A stretch of 49,611 nucleotides of DNA from Desulfurella sp. (GCA_031960885.1 JAVRLY010000002.1:1-49611), one strand, 5' to 3'. Counted from the stretch's first letter, positions 9,159-19,613 are shown. Notes: generated by a model not told the origin, from the sequence alone. Translations and numbers: made by a program.

Positions 9159-9563
9159 ACCTGATGCGGTAAAAGCACTCTATAGCGGAAAGATTATAGC
9201 AATGCTTGAAGAACATGGTTTTGCTATAAAAGCGATGAAAAAAATACATCTTACAAAAAAACAAGCTAAAGGTTTTTATATTGTGCATAAAGATAAACCA
9301 TTTTATGATTCCCTTACCACATTTATGTCTAGCGGAAGTATTGTTGTTATGGTTTTAGAAAAAGATAACGCAATTGCAGACTATAGAACACTAATGGGTG
9401 CAACCGATCCATCTAAAGCCAAAGCAGGTACAATTAGAGCAATGTATGCAAAAAATATAGAAGAAAATGCAGTTCATGGTTCCGATTCTAAAGAATCAGC
9501 TGATTTTGAAATACCTTATTTTTTTAGTGAATTAGAAATAATTTAAAGGAGAAGTTAAAAATG
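9113..9563 (+). repeat. Exact 20-bp direct repeat TAAAGGAGAAGTTAAAAATG at 9113-9132 and 9544-9563
   Basis: Read directly; each copy is the SD + spacer + ATG of ndk and of rpmF. Confidence 0.9.
9130..9546 (+). CDS. ndk: Nucleoside diphosphate kinase
   Basis: [23 protein letters not shown]. Confidence 0.97.
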   Translation: MLEKTLSIIKPDAVKALYSGKIIAMLEEHGFAIKAMKKIHLTKKQAKGFYIVHKDKPFYDSLTTFMSSGSIVVMVLEKDNAIADYRTLMGATDPSKAKAGTIRAMYAKNIEENAVHGSDSKESADFEIPYFFSELEII

Positions 9564-9740
9564 GCTCAACCAAAAAGAAAATCTTGTCATTCAAGAGCTG
9601 CAAAAAGGGCTACGCACAAAAAAGCAAGTATGCCTGCAATATCAAAGTGTTCAAGATGTGGCGCTGTGAAATTGCCACACACTGTTTGTCCGTCTTGTGG
9701 TTATTATAAAGACGAGGAAATCATAAAAATTGAAGAATGA
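9561..9740 (+). CDS. rpmF: 50S ribosomal protein L32, 4-Cys form (absent from ORF track)
   Basis: Hand translation MAQPKRKSCHSRAAKRATHKKASMPAISKCSRCGAVKLPHTVCPSCGYYKDEEIIKIEE; SD AAGGAG; ATGA overlap with plsX. Confidence 0.95.
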   Translation: MAQPKRKSCHSRAAKRATHKKASMPAISKCSRCGAVKLPHTVCPSCGYYKDEEIIKIEE

Positions 9741-10792
9741 GATCAAAAATAGTGGTAGATGCATTTGGTGGTGACCATGCTCCAAAGGAAGTTGTGTTGG
9801 GGGCATTTTTAGCTGCCAAAGAGTTTGATCTAGATATAGTGCTTGTTGGAAAAAGAAATGAAATAGAAAAAAATGTAGAAATTTTTTCTCAAGATTTTAA
9901 ATCTAACATTGTAGAAAGGATAAGTGTAGAAGATGCTCCAAACACTATTACAATGTTTGACAAACCTAGCGTAGCCATAAGAAAAAAAGATTCTTCGATG
10001 TATATAGGTATGGAGCTTGTTAAAAACAAAAAAGCTGATGCTTTTATAAGTGCTGGCAATTCTGGGGCAGTCATGGCTATCGCTATGGTTGTACTTGGCA
10101 AACTAAAAGGTATTTCAAGACCTGCAATAGGCACACTTTTACCCACAGTAAAAAGTAGTGTTTTGCTGTTAGATGCAGGAGCGAATGTGGATTGCAAACC
10201 CATTCATTTACTTGAATTTAGTATAATGGGTTCAGTTTATATCAAACATATGCTAAATATACAAAAACCCATAATTGGTTTAATAAGCAATGGTTCAGAG
10301 CCGGGCAAAGGCAATAGTCTTGTAATTAAAGCCTATGATTTAATTAAATCTTCTACTTTAAATTTTTATGGTAATATCGAAGGAAATGAGATATTTGCAG
10401 ACAAAGTTGATGTAGCTGTGTGTGATGGATTTGTTGGTAATATTATTTTAAAAACTTCTGAATCTGTTCCCAATATCATTGGAGAATTTTTAAAAGCACA
10501 AATTTCTAAGAGTTTGATTTATAAAATAGGTTACTTATTATCTAAGCCTGCATTTAGAATGCTTAAAAAGAAGACAGATTATGCGGAATTTGGGGGGGCG
10601 CCGCTTTTGGGTGTCAATGGTGCTTGCATAATTAGCCATGGAAGAAGCAAAGCTTATGCCATAAAAAACGCTATATTGAAAGCTGCAAAATTTGCAAACC
10701 TAGATATAAATATTAAGATTGAAGAAGCCATAAAAAAATGTTCTACGCTTAGGTATTATAAGTTTGAAAGAGGGGTGGAAAATGCGATCTAA
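9737..10792 (+). CDS. plsX: Phosphate acyltransferase PlsX
   Basis: VDAFGGDHAP, SAGNSGA, LDAGAN, CDGFVGN, GGAPLLG, HGRS. Confidence 0.97.
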   Translation: MRSKIVVDAFGGDHAPKEVVLGAFLAAKEFDLDIVLVGKRNEIEKNVEIFSQDFKSNIVERISVEDAPNTITMFDKPSVAIRKKDSSMYIGMELVKNKKADAFISAGNSGAVMAIAMVVLGKLKGISRPAIGTLLPTVKSSVLLLDAGANVDCKPIHLLEFSIMGSVYIKHMLNIQKPIIGLISNGSEPGKGNSLVIKAYDLIKSSTLNFYGNIEGNEIFADKVDVAVCDGFVGNIILKTSESVPNIIGEFLKAQISKSLIYKIGYLLSKPAFRMLKKKTDYAEFGGAPLLGVNGACIISHGRSKAYAIKNAILKAAKFANLDINIKIEEAIKKCSTLRYYKFERGVENAI

Positions 10793-11750
10793 AATCGTTT
10801 CTATTAGTTCTTATTTGCCAGAAAAAATTATGACTAATCACGATTTAGAAAATATAGTAGATACATCTGATGAATGGATTGTCCAACGCACTGGCATAAA
10901 ACAGCGTCACATATCTGACAAACCTACAAGCTATTTAGCTTATATGGCAGCAAAACAAGCTATTGAAGGAATAATTAGTCCAGATGATATAGATGTTATT
11001 ATTGTTGCAACAGTAACGCCAGATAAGATTTTGCCAGCAACGGCGTTATTTGTTCAATCTTTACTAAAAGCAAAAAATGCTTTTTGTTTCGATATAAATG
11101 CAGCTTGTAGCGGTTTTTTGTATGCCCTAAGCATAGGCGATTCTTATATTCGCTCAGGTAGCGCAAAAAACGTACTTGTAGTAGGCGCTGAAGTACTTAG
11201 TAAATTTGTTGATTGGACCGATAGAAGTACCTGCGTAATTTTTGCCGATGGAGCAGCTGGCGTTTTGTTGCAGCCCAGTGATGATGAAAGCGGTATTATA
11301 GATATAGTTTTACATTCTGATGGGGATTATACTGATTTAATGCAAATACCTGCTGGTGGTAGTTTGTCGCCTTGTTCAAAGGAAGCGATAGACAACCACG
11401 ATATTTATATCAAGATGCTTGGCAATCAAACATTCAAAATGGCTGTTCAAAATATTGTTGCAGTATCAGAAGAAGCATTAAATAGATGCAATATGAATTT
11501 TAGTGATATTGACTTAATGGTTAGTCATCAAGCAAATATTAGGATAATAGAGGGTGTAGCAAAAAGAATTAATTTGCCATCAGAAAAGGTTCAAATAGCT
11601 CTTGATATTCATGGCAATACTGCAGCAGCTTCAATCCCTTTAGCTCTTGATTTAGCTTATAAACAAGGTAAGATTAAAAAAAATAGTAAGATTTTACTTA
11701 ATAGTTTCGGCGCAAGTTTGACATGGGGTGCTAGCGTAATCGTTTGGTAG
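10782..11750 (+). CDS. fabH: Beta-ketoacyl-ACP synthase III
   Basis: DTSDEWIVQRTGI, AACSGF, HQANIRII, HGNT; start ATG 10782. Confidence 0.96.
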   Translation: MRSKIVSISSYLPEKIMTNHDLENIVDTSDEWIVQRTGIKQRHISDKPTSYLAYMAAKQAIEGIISPDDIDVIIVATVTPDKILPATALFVQSLLKAKNAFCFDINAACSGFLYALSIGDSYIRSGSAKNVLVVGAEVLSKFVDWTDRSTCVIFADGAAGVLLQPSDDESGIIDIVLHSDGDYTDLMQIPAGGSLSPCSKEAIDNHDIYIKMLGNQTFKMAVQNIVAVSEEALNRCNMNFSDIDLMVSHQANIRIIEGVAKRINLPSEKVQIALDIHGNTAAASIPLALDLAYKQGKIKKNSKILLNSFGASLTWGASVIVW

Positions 11751-11760
11751 GAGGCGGTTA

Positions 11761-12705
11761 ATGTTTAAAACTGAGATTTGCGATATACTTGGAATAGAAT
11801 ATCCCATATTTCAAGGTGGCATGGCTTGGGTTTCAGATGCAAAATTGGCTTCGAGCGTTAGTCAAGCGGGTGCACTTGGTATCATTGCAGCAGGACATGC
11901 CACACCAGAATGGTTAGAGAGCCAAATTTTAATGGCAAAAGAGATGACAAATAAACCTTTTGGTGTGAATATTATGTTACTTTCACCGTTTGTTGAAGAA
12001 ATTGTTAAATTAGTTATAAAACACAAAGTCAAGGTTGTTACAACCGGTGCTGGAAACCCAGGAAAATATATGCAAGCATTTGCAGATGCTGGTATAAAAG
12101 TAATCCCGGTATTGGGTTCTGTTGCATTAGCCAAACGCATGGAATCTATTGGAGCAGTAGCTGTTGTAGCCGAAGGAATGGAATCTGGTGGACACATAGG
12201 AGAGCTTACTACGATGGCACTTGTTCCTCAAGTGGTTGATGCTGTAAAAATACCTGTAATTGCTGCAGGCGGCATTGGAGATGGTAGGGGTTTTTTGGCT
12301 GCTTTAGCACTTGGCGCAAAGGGTGTACAAATTGGTACAAGGTTTATAGCCTCAATTGAGTGTCAGGCTTCAGAAAACTACAAACAAGTTATAGTTAAAG
12401 CAAAGGATCGCGATACAGTTGTTACTGGGTTATCAACAGGGCATCCTGTTAGAATTATTAGAAATAAACTTGCAAGAGAGTTTGAAAAGTTGGAAAAGCA
12501 AGAAGCCTCAATTGAAGAAATTGAAAAGTTAGGTTCTGGGAAATTAAGGCTTGCTGTCGTTGAAGGAGATGTTGAAAATGGTAGCGTTATGGCTGGCCAA
12601 ATATCTGGTTTGGTTAAAGAAATCAAACCAGTGAAAGAAATAGTAGCAGATATTATAAGCCAGGCTAAAGCAACTCTTAAAAACTTGCAATCTTTTGAGG
12701 TTTAG
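11761..12705 (+). CDS. fabK: Enoyl-ACP reductase II (FMN)
   Basis: YPIFQGGMAWV, KPFGVN, EGMESGGHIG, AAGGIGDGRG; inside the fab operon. Confidence 0.93.
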   Translation: MFKTEICDILGIEYPIFQGGMAWVSDAKLASSVSQAGALGIIAAGHATPEWLESQILMAKEMTNKPFGVNIMLLSPFVEEIVKLVIKHKVKVVTTGAGNPGKYMQAFADAGIKVIPVLGSVALAKRMESIGAVAVVAEGMESGGHIGELTTMALVPQVVDAVKIPVIAAGGIGDGRGFLAALALGAKGVQIGTRFIASIECQASENYKQVIVKAKDRDTVVTGLSTGHPVRIIRNKLAREFEKLEKQEASIEEIEKLGSGKLRLAVVEGDVENGSVMAGQISGLVKEIKPVKEIVADIISQAKATLKNLQSFEV

Positions 12706-12706
12706 A

Positions 12707-13651
12707 ATGAATTTTTTGATTTTTACAGGTCAAGGATCTCAGTTTGTAGGAATGATAAAAGATCTGTATGGTAATTTTGATATCGTTAAGTCTATTATAA
12801 AAAAAGTTGATAAAACGTTGTCTTTTTCTTTAAGTAGTTTAATGTTTAATGGACCAATAGAAGAGTTAACGCTAACAAAAAATGCCCAACCTGCAATATT
12901 GGGCTCTTCAATAGCAATTTATGAGTTATTAAAAAGTGAACTAGGTTTTGAGTTTGATATAAGTGCAGGCCATTCTTTGGGACAATATAGCAGTCTTGTT
13001 GCAGCAGAATCAATTAGTTTAGAAGATGCGGTTTATGCTGTCTATAACCGTGGTAAATTTATGCAAGAAGCTGTAAGCGAAAGTGTGTCTGCAATGATGG
13101 CTGTAATTGGCAATAATGTAAAAGAGATAGAAAACCTATGCAAAGAAGTTTCTAAAGAAGATGATTGTTATTGTGATATAGCAAATTACAATGCACCAAC
13201 TCAAATAGTGGTTTCTGGTTATAAAAAAGGTATAGAAAAATTGCAAAACGTTATTAAAGAACTCAATTTGGGAAAGACTATTATGCTTGATGTATCTGCA
13301 CCATTCCACTGCAAACTCATGGAACCTGTTATTGAAAAAATGGAAAAAGTCCTTGATAAAATATCAATAAAACCAGCAAATAAAATTGTCATAGAAAATG
13401 TTAATTCAGACACTATTAAAACGCCGCAAGAAATAAAGCGTTCATTGCTTGAGCAAATAGCAAAACCTGTTAAGTGGGTTGATAATGTCAATAAAGCCTT
13501 AGAATTTAAGGTAAATTTGATAGTTGAGTGTGGACCAAAAGATATTTTGTCATCCATGTTAAAAAGAAGTTTAAAAAATGTAAATATTAGTGGAATTTTT
13601 GATATAAAAAGCTATAATACTTTTAGGGAAAATTATGAGTTACAAAGGTAA
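12707..13651 (+). CDS. fabD: Malonyl-CoA:ACP transacylase
   Basis: GQGSQ, AQPAI, GHSLG, VSAPFH; ATG 12707 with GAGG SD. Confidence 0.95.
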   Translation: MNFLIFTGQGSQFVGMIKDLYGNFDIVKSIIKKVDKTLSFSLSSLMFNGPIEELTLTKNAQPAILGSSIAIYELLKSELGFEFDISAGHSLGQYSSLVAAESISLEDAVYAVYNRGKFMQEAVSESVSAMMAVIGNNVKEIENLCKEVSKEDDCYCDIANYNAPTQIVVSGYKKGIEKLQNVIKELNLGKTIMLDVSAPFHCKLMEPVIEKMEKVLDKISIKPANKIVIENVNSDTIKTPQEIKRSLLEQIAKPVKWVDNVNKALEFKVNLIVECGPKDILSSMLKRSLKNVNISGIFDIKSYNTFRENYELQR

Positions 13652-14378
13652 TGTTGCAATTATAACTGGCGCCTCAAGGGGCATTGGAGCTGCAATTGCC
13701 ATAGAATTAGCAAAAAAAGGTTTGAATGTAATTATAAATTACAACTCAAATGAAGAAAAAGCCATTGCTGTAAGTGAAGCAATTAAGAAAGACCAGGGCA
13801 AGTGTGAGATTAAAAAATTTGATGTATCAAATAGTGTGCAAGTTGAGGCAGCATTTGCTGAAATCATAGATAAGTATAAAAGTATTGATTATCTTGTAAA
13901 CAATGCTGGCATTGTATCTGATAACCTCATTATAAAAATGAAAGATGATGAGTTTGATAGGGTAATTAAAACAAACTTGTATGGTGCTTTTAACTGCTCT
14001 AAGATTGCTGCAAAGTATATGTTAAAGCAAAAATTTGGTGTTATCTTGAATATTACTTCAATTATAGGTATAATGGGTAATGCTGGTCAATCAAATTATG
14101 CAGCATCAAAAGCAGGTATTATTGGTTTAACAAAAAGTTTAGCAAAAGAGTTGGGTTCAAGAAATATTCGTGTGAATGCAATTGCTCCTGGTTTTATTGA
14201 AACAGATATGACTGAGAATCTTAATATAATCCAAAGGAAATTTTTGGTAGATAAAATTGCTTTAAAGAGGCTGGGTACTAGTGAAGATGTTGCTAATCTC
14301 GCGACATTTTTAATTAGCGAAGAGGCGAGTTATATTACTGGCGAAGTTATAAGCATTAATGGCGGTTTAAGTATTTGA
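13635..14378 (+). CDS. fabG: 3-oxoacyl-ACP reductase
   Basis: TGASRGIG, NNAGI, GNAGQSNYAASK, APGFIETDM. Confidence 0.96.
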   Translation: MSYKGNVAIITGASRGIGAAIAIELAKKGLNVIINYNSNEEKAIAVSEAIKKDQGKCEIKKFDVSNSVQVEAAFAEIIDKYKSIDYLVNNAGIVSDNLIIKMKDDEFDRVIKTNLYGAFNCSKIAAKYMLKQKFGVILNITSIIGIMGNAGQSNYAASKAGIIGLTKSLAKELGSRNIRVNAIAPGFIETDMTENLNIIQRKFLVDKIALKRLGTSEDVANLATFLISEEASYITGEVISINGGLSI

Positions 14379-14406
14379 AAAATAATTATACAAGGAGGAA
14401 CAATAG

Positions 14407-14646
14407 ATGTCATCTATTGCAGATCAGGTAAAAGAAATTATTAAAGAGCAACTTGGGGTAGAAGAAGAAGAAATTAAGCCAGAGGCAAAATTTATTGAGG
14501 ATCTTGGAGCAGATTCTTTGGATACCGTAGAATTAGTTATGGCTATGGAAGAAAAATTTGGTATAGAAATACCAGATTCTGATGCTGAGAAAATTTTGAC
14601 AGTTCAGGATGCAATAAGCTACGTAGAAAATCATATTAACAAATAA
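14407..14646 (+). CDS. acpP: Acyl carrier protein
   Basis: [15 protein letters not shown]. Confidence 0.98.
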   Translation: MSSIADQVKEIIKEQLGVEEEEIKPEAKFIEDLGADSLDTVELVMAMEEKFGIEIPDSDAEKILTVQDAISYVENHINK

Positions 14647-14653
14647 ATGCAAT

Positions 14654-15895
14654 ATGAGAAAGAGAGTAGTTATAACAGGCTATGGGATGATATCGCCCAT
14701 AGGCCTATCTGCTAAAGAAAGTTTTCAAAATGCTATTAGCGGTTTTAGTGGTATAGGTAAGATTACAAAATTTGATGCCTCAAATTTTGAGGTTCAAATT
14801 GCTGCTGAGGTTAAAGGCTTTGAGCCGGAAAAGTACGTTGAGAAAAAAGAAGTAAAAAAGTATGATTTTTTTAGTCTATACGCTTTAGCCGCAGCGCAAG
14901 AAGCTATAGAACATGCAGGTTTAGATTTAGAAAAGGTTGATTTATTTAGATGTGGGGCGAGTGTAGGCTCTGGTATTGGTGGACTTGGAGCTATAGAAAA
15001 ATATGATCAGGCTTTAATCCAACGGGGCTACAAAGGTGTGTCTCCATTTTTTATACCAATAGCTGTTATCAATATGGCTGGTGGAAATATAGCAATAAAA
15101 TTTGGACTCAAAGGCCCAAATTATGCTACTGTAACCGCTTGTGCATCTGCTACGCACGCAATAGGATTTGCAGCAAGAAATATAATGTATGATGATGCTG
15201 ATGTCATGATTGCAGGTGGTTGTGAATCAACTATTACACCTCTTGCTATAGCAGGCTTTCAAAATATGAAAGCCTTATCAACAAGAAATAATGAACCCCA
15301 AAAAGCCTCTAGACCATTTGATATAGATAGAGATGGCTTTATTGTAGGAGAAGGGGCTGGTATTTTAGTTTTAGAAGAATATGAACACGCCAAAAGGCGT
15401 AATGCAAATATCATAGCTGAATTAGCAGGTTTTGGCATGAGCGATGATGGTTATCATATAACAGCTCCAGATCCAGAAGGTAAAGGCGCTATTTATGCTA
15501 TGAAAATGGCTTTGAATAATGCTAACCTTAAGCCTGAAGACGTCGATTACATCAATGCTCATGGTACTTCTACTTATTTTAATGATAAAATAGAAACATT
15601 TAGCATAAAGTCGGTTTTTAAAGATTATGCATATAAAATAGCTGTAAGCTCAACTAAATCAATGACAGGTCACTTGCTTGGTGCAGCAGGGGGCGTTGAA
15701 GCTGTTTTTAGTGTTATGACAATAGAAAATTCCATAATACCGCCAACTATTAATTTAGAACACCCAGATCCCGAGTGTGATTTATTTTATGTGCCGAATG
15801 TATCAATAGAAAAAAAAGTCAATGTAGTTATGTCTAATTCTTTTGGCTTTGGCGGCGCTAATGCTGTTTTGATATTTAAAAAATTTAATGAATAA
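14654..15895 (+). CDS. fabF: Beta-ketoacyl-ACP synthase II
   Basis: TACAS, NAHGTST, KSMTGHLLGAAG, SNSFGFGG. Confidence 0.97.
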   Translation: MRKRVVITGYGMISPIGLSAKESFQNAISGFSGIGKITKFDASNFEVQIAAEVKGFEPEKYVEKKEVKKYDFFSLYALAAAQEAIEHAGLDLEKVDLFRCGASVGSGIGGLGAIEKYDQALIQRGYKGVSPFFIPIAVINMAGGNIAIKFGLKGPNYATVTACASATHAIGFAARNIMYDDADVMIAGGCESTITPLAIAGFQNMKALSTRNNEPQKASRPFDIDRDGFIVGEGAGILVLEEYEHAKRRNANIIAELAGFGMSDDGYHITAPDPEGKGAIYAMKMALNNANLKPEDVDYINAHGTSTYFNDKIETFSIKSVFKDYAYKIAVSSTKSMTGHLLGAAGGVEAVFSVMTIENSIIPPTINLEHPDPECDLFYVPNVSIEKKVNVVMSNSFGFGGANAVLIFKKFNE

Positions 15896-16532
15896 TGCCA
15901 TTTTTTTTGACTTAGATGGAACTCTTGTAAATTCAAAAAAAGATTTGGAAAAAGCAGTGATTGTCACTGCTTCAAATCTTAAACTTAAAATTTTAGACAC
16001 AGAATACATTTTGTCTTTAGTAGGCAATGGTATTCATAAATTAGTTGAAGATTATTTGCGTACCGTTGATGCATTCAACTATTATAATCGATTTTTAGAT
16101 TTATTCTTAGATTATTACTACAATCACATTTGCGAGGGTAGTTACCTATACGATGGTGTAAAAACCACATTGTCAAAACTGCAGAGGTACTATAAATTAT
16201 TTGTAGTTAGTAACAAACTTGAATCATTTTCTAAAAAGTTATTAAAAGAGTTAAACATTGATGCTTTCTTTGTTGATATAGTAGGCGGTGATAGTTTTGA
16301 AAATAAAAAACCGCACCCACAACCAATTTTGGCTTTAGTAAAAAAGCACAACATAGATATTAACCGTTCTATTTTTGTTGGTGATAGTGAAAATGATTTC
16401 CTAGCCTCAAAAGCTTCAAATATGAAAATGGCTTGGGTTAGTTTTGGCTATAAAGATAAATCAATTCTAAAAAAAATTACTCCAGACTTTATTTTCGATA
16501 AATTCGGGTATATATTAAACGTAGCTTTATGA
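15888..16532 (+). CDS. HAD-IA hydrolase, phosphoglycolate phosphatase-like
   Basis: FDLDGTL, VSNK, KKPHP, VGDSEND. Confidence 0.88.
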   Translation: MNNAIFFDLDGTLVNSKKDLEKAVIVTASNLKLKILDTEYILSLVGNGIHKLVEDYLRTVDAFNYYNRFLDLFLDYYYNHICEGSYLYDGVKTTLSKLQRYYKLFVVSNKLESFSKKLLKELNIDAFFVDIVGGDSFENKKPHPQPILALVKKHNIDINRSIFVGDSENDFLASKASNMKMAWVSFGYKDKSILKKITPDFIFDKFGYILNVAL

Positions 16533-17929
16533 ATTTTGATATTGAGGTGTATCCTAATATAAAATATTTAAAAGAAATATGTGATTCATATAATGTTAAA
16601 TTATATTTGGTTGGCGGCGCTGTTAGAGATATAATTTTAAATAGAAAAATAACCGACTTTGATTTTTTAGTTGATTGTAAAATAGAGGAAATAGTAACAA
16701 CATTTCAGATAAAAACCAATAGAAAATTCATATTATTTGATAAGAAAATAAAGGTTTATAGATTTTTTTTTGAAGATTTTACAATTGATTTATCAGAACT
16801 TAAACCAAAGACTTTGGAATATGAGCTAGAAAGGCGTGATTTTACTATAAATTCAATAGCTTTAGACCTAGATACTAAAATATTAATTGATCCAGCGAAA
16901 GGCTTAAATGACCTGCAAAATCGTATATTGAGATACTCTAGTAGCATAATTTTTGAAGATGATCCCATAAGATTAATTAGATTATTTCGTATTGCAGCTC
17001 AACTAAAATTTGACATAGAAAAAAATACATTAGAAAAGGCTAAAAATTCTATTTATTTACTTAAAAATGTTGCTTTTGATAGAATAACACAGGAATTAGA
17101 AAAATTTTTTATGATAAATGATACTTTTAACTATATTTTGCTAATGGATAGAATTGGCTTAATTGATGAACTTTTTGAAGAGCTATCATTTGAAAATGGA
17201 TGTATGCAAAGCTCTAGTCACTTGTATGATGTAAAATCACACTCATTAAGTGTATATAATTTTGTTGAATGGTCAATTTTAAGAATGAAAAGGATTGTTG
17301 GTGAAGATTGTTTTGCAAATTACTATAATTATTATACATCTAACAGAAAACATATCATTATAGCTTTAAAATTGGCTGCATTATTTCATGATTGTGGTAA
17401 GCCATTTGTAAAGCAAATTAACGGTAATGAGATTTCTTTTAAAAATCACGAAATTTACAGCGCAGAAATTTTTAAAAAATATGCCAAAATGTATAATTTT
17501 CAAAAAAAAATCATACAGACAACAAATTTTTTAATTTTAAATCATATAGTGCCAGCTCAACTTTTTTTAGAATGGAAAAATAATTCTTTAAATGATGAAT
17601 TGTTGTATGATTTTTTTGATAAATTCCAAATATACGGGGTTGACCTTTTGATTTTTGCATTGTCTGATACATTAGCTAAAGGAAAAATAAGAATGGTTAA
17701 CAGAGAGATATTTATAGATTTTCTTAAAGACATGGTATGTTTTTATTTTGAAAGGTATGTTAATTTTATAAAGCTCCCACAGATTTTGAAAGCAAACGAG
17801 CTAAGCAAACTTGGTATAAAAGATTCAAATCTTTCTAAAGTGATAAAATTAATTAAGAAATATACTTTCTTGCAAAAAATTCAAACAAAAGATGACGCTC
17901 TTAATTTTGCAAGGCAATTCTTGAAATAA
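16529..17929 (+). CDS. Class II tRNA nucleotidyltransferase with HD domain, probably CC-adding type
   Basis: VGGAVRD, DFD, RRDFTINS, DDPIRLIR, LFHDCGKP. Confidence 0.85.
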   Translation: MNFDIEVYPNIKYLKEICDSYNVKLYLVGGAVRDIILNRKITDFDFLVDCKIEEIVTTFQIKTNRKFILFDKKIKVYRFFFEDFTIDLSELKPKTLEYELERRDFTINSIALDLDTKILIDPAKGLNDLQNRILRYSSSIIFEDDPIRLIRLFRIAAQLKFDIEKNTLEKAKNSIYLLKNVAFDRITQELEKFFMINDTFNYILLMDRIGLIDELFEELSFENGCMQSSSHLYDVKSHSLSVYNFVEWSILRMKRIVGEDCFANYYNYYTSNRKHIIIALKLAALFHDCGKPFVKQINGNEISFKNHEIYSAEIFKKYAKMYNFQKKIIQTTNFLILNHIVPAQLFLEWKNNSLNDELLYDFFDKFQIYGVDLLIFALSDTLAKGKIRMVNREIFIDFLKDMVCFYFERYVNFIKLPQILKANELSKLGIKDSNLSKVIKLIKKYTFLQKIQTKDDALNFARQFLK

Positions 17930-17930
17930 C

Positions 17931-18170
17931 CTAATGCAAAGGTATATTTATTTCTAAGACTTCAAAATGGCTATCGCGTTCTAATTTTACATCTATGCGA
18001 GATGGATCAATTTTAACATATTTTGATATCACAGCTATTAGATCTTTTCTTAAGTCTTCTACAAAAGGCGCGCTATTTAGCTGCCTTTCATGTGCAAGAA
18101 TTATTTGCAGTCTATCTTTTGCAATATTTGCCGAATCTCTTCTTTTTGTAAAAAAATCTAATAATCCCAT
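17931..18170 (-). CDS. minE: Cell division topological specificity factor
   Basis: SANIAKDRLQIILAHER, VISKYV, LEINIP. Confidence 0.96.
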   Translation of the reverse strand: MGLLDFFTKRRDSANIAKDRLQIILAHERQLNSAPFVEDLRKDLIAVISKYVKIDPSRIDVKLERDSHFEVLEINIPLH

Positions 18171-18172
18171 AT

Positions 18173-18967
18173 TTAATCCTTAAAAAAGCTAAAAAGTGTT
18201 TGTAAAAAGCCTTTTTTATCTTCTTTTATTTCTGTAAACTCAACATTATCGCCTAAAATTCTTCTTACTATATTAAAATAGGCTTTACCTGAAGGGCTAT
18301 CTTTATGCAATACTGACGGTTCTCCCATATTTGTATAGCTAATAATATTTTTATCTTCTGGTACTATACCAATCAAAGGTATGCCAAGAATTTGTAAAAC
18401 ATCATCTTTACTCAACATGTCACCATTTTTAATAAGAAGCGGATTCACTCTATTTATTATTAACTTAATATTCTTTTTTTCATTAGCTTCGAGAATACCC
18501 ACTACTCTATCTGCATCTCTAATGGATGAAATTTCTGGTGTCGTTACAATAAAAACTTCATCTGCTGGTATCATAGCATTTTTAAATCCACCTTCAATAC
18601 CAGCTGGCGAGTCTAAAATAATGTAATCGAATTCTTCTTTTAAATCTTGTGTTAATTTAACAATCTGTTCGGGTTTTACAGCTGATTTGTCTCTTGTTTG
18701 AGCAGCTGCTATTAGATATAGATTTTCTGTTCTTTTGTCTCTAATAAGAGCTTGATTGATTTTAGCAGCATTCTCAACAATATTTACAACATCGTAAACT
18801 ATCCTATTTTCTAAACCTAGAATCATATCAAGATTTCTAAGACCAATATCAAGATCGATTGCAACACATTTTTTGCCTGCAAGGGCAAGTCCAAGTGCAA
18901 TATTTGCACTTGTAGTAGATTTTCCTACACCACCTTTACCAGATGTAATTGTAATAACTTTTCCCAT
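18173..18967 (-). CDS. minD: Septum site-determining ATPase MinD
   Basis: TSGKGGVGKST, DIGLRNLD, DSPAGIE, C-terminal amphipathic KGFLQTLF. Confidence 0.97.
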   Translation of the reverse strand: MGKVITITSGKGGVGKSTTSANIALGLALAGKKCVAIDLDIGLRNLDMILGLENRIVYDVVNIVENAAKINQALIRDKRTENLYLIAAAQTRDKSAVKPEQIVKLTQDLKEEFDYIILDSPAGIEGGFKNAMIPADEVFIVTTPEISSIRDADRVVGILEANEKKNIKLIINRVNPLLIKNGDMLSKDDVLQILGIPLIGIVPEDKNIISYTNMGEPSVLHKDSPSGKAYFNIVRRILGDNVEFTEIKEDKKGFLQTLFSFFKD

Positions 18968-18971
18968 TTAA

Positions 18972-19613
18972 TTACTCCATTTTGTAATTTAACCAATTTT
19001 TATAATCTAAAACAATAATTTGTTCATTTTCAACAAAGGCAACTTCTGGTTCTTTTTTTGACATATTTTTGTGTTTATCTGGTGATTTAGCAAGAAAATC
19101 AAAAATACGAATCTGTGGACTATTTATTTCAAAAGAAAATATAAAAGCATCTTTATCACCTTTGAAGCCTGCATGTGGTATACCTTCTAGACTGCCAAGC
19201 ACGAAAATATTTTTTTTGGCATAGATGTATGCATCTCTATTTACATTGCCTAATATGATTAAGTTATCATCTGATTCTAACATTTGACCACTTCGCAAGT
19301 TACCTTTAAAAACCACTGAGTTAGGGTGTTGAATGAATTCTGATAACAGGTTGGTATTCAGATTGGTTTCAATTTTTGTGTTATCAACAAAGACAGCACT
19401 CACATATAAATTATGTTTTTTGAGATGCTCAATTGCAAAATCGATATCCCTTTGATAATCTAACTTTATTGTAAGTATTGAATTTTTAAATAATTCAGCA
19501 TTTTTTATTAGATGGTTATCTATAAATTCAATAACTTGTTCATTAGAACTGTCTTTATCAATTTGGATTTCGTATCCCAAATAGTTTCTACCTTTTATTG
19601 ATAAATCTTTCAT
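18972..19613 (-). CDS. minC: Septum site-determining protein MinC
   Basis: LRSGQ, ILGNVN, VLGSLEGIPHAG; start at MKDLSIKG; upstream of minDE. Confidence 0.9.
   Translation of the reverse strand: MKDLSIKGRNYLGYEIQIDKDSSNEQVIEFIDNHLIKNAELFKNSILTIKLDYQRDIDFAIEHLKKHNLYVSAVFVDNTKIETNLNTNLLSEFIQHPNSVVFKGNLRSGQMLESDDNLIILGNVNRDAYIYAKKNIFVLGSLEGIPHAGFKGDKDAFIFSFEINSPQIRIFDFLAKSPDKHKNMSKKEPEVAFVENEQIIVLDYKNWLNYKME

Noticed and set aside
12707..13651. FabD motif variants FTGQG and GHSLGQ
   Set aside because: Catalytic Ser, Arg and His are retained; ordinary divergence.
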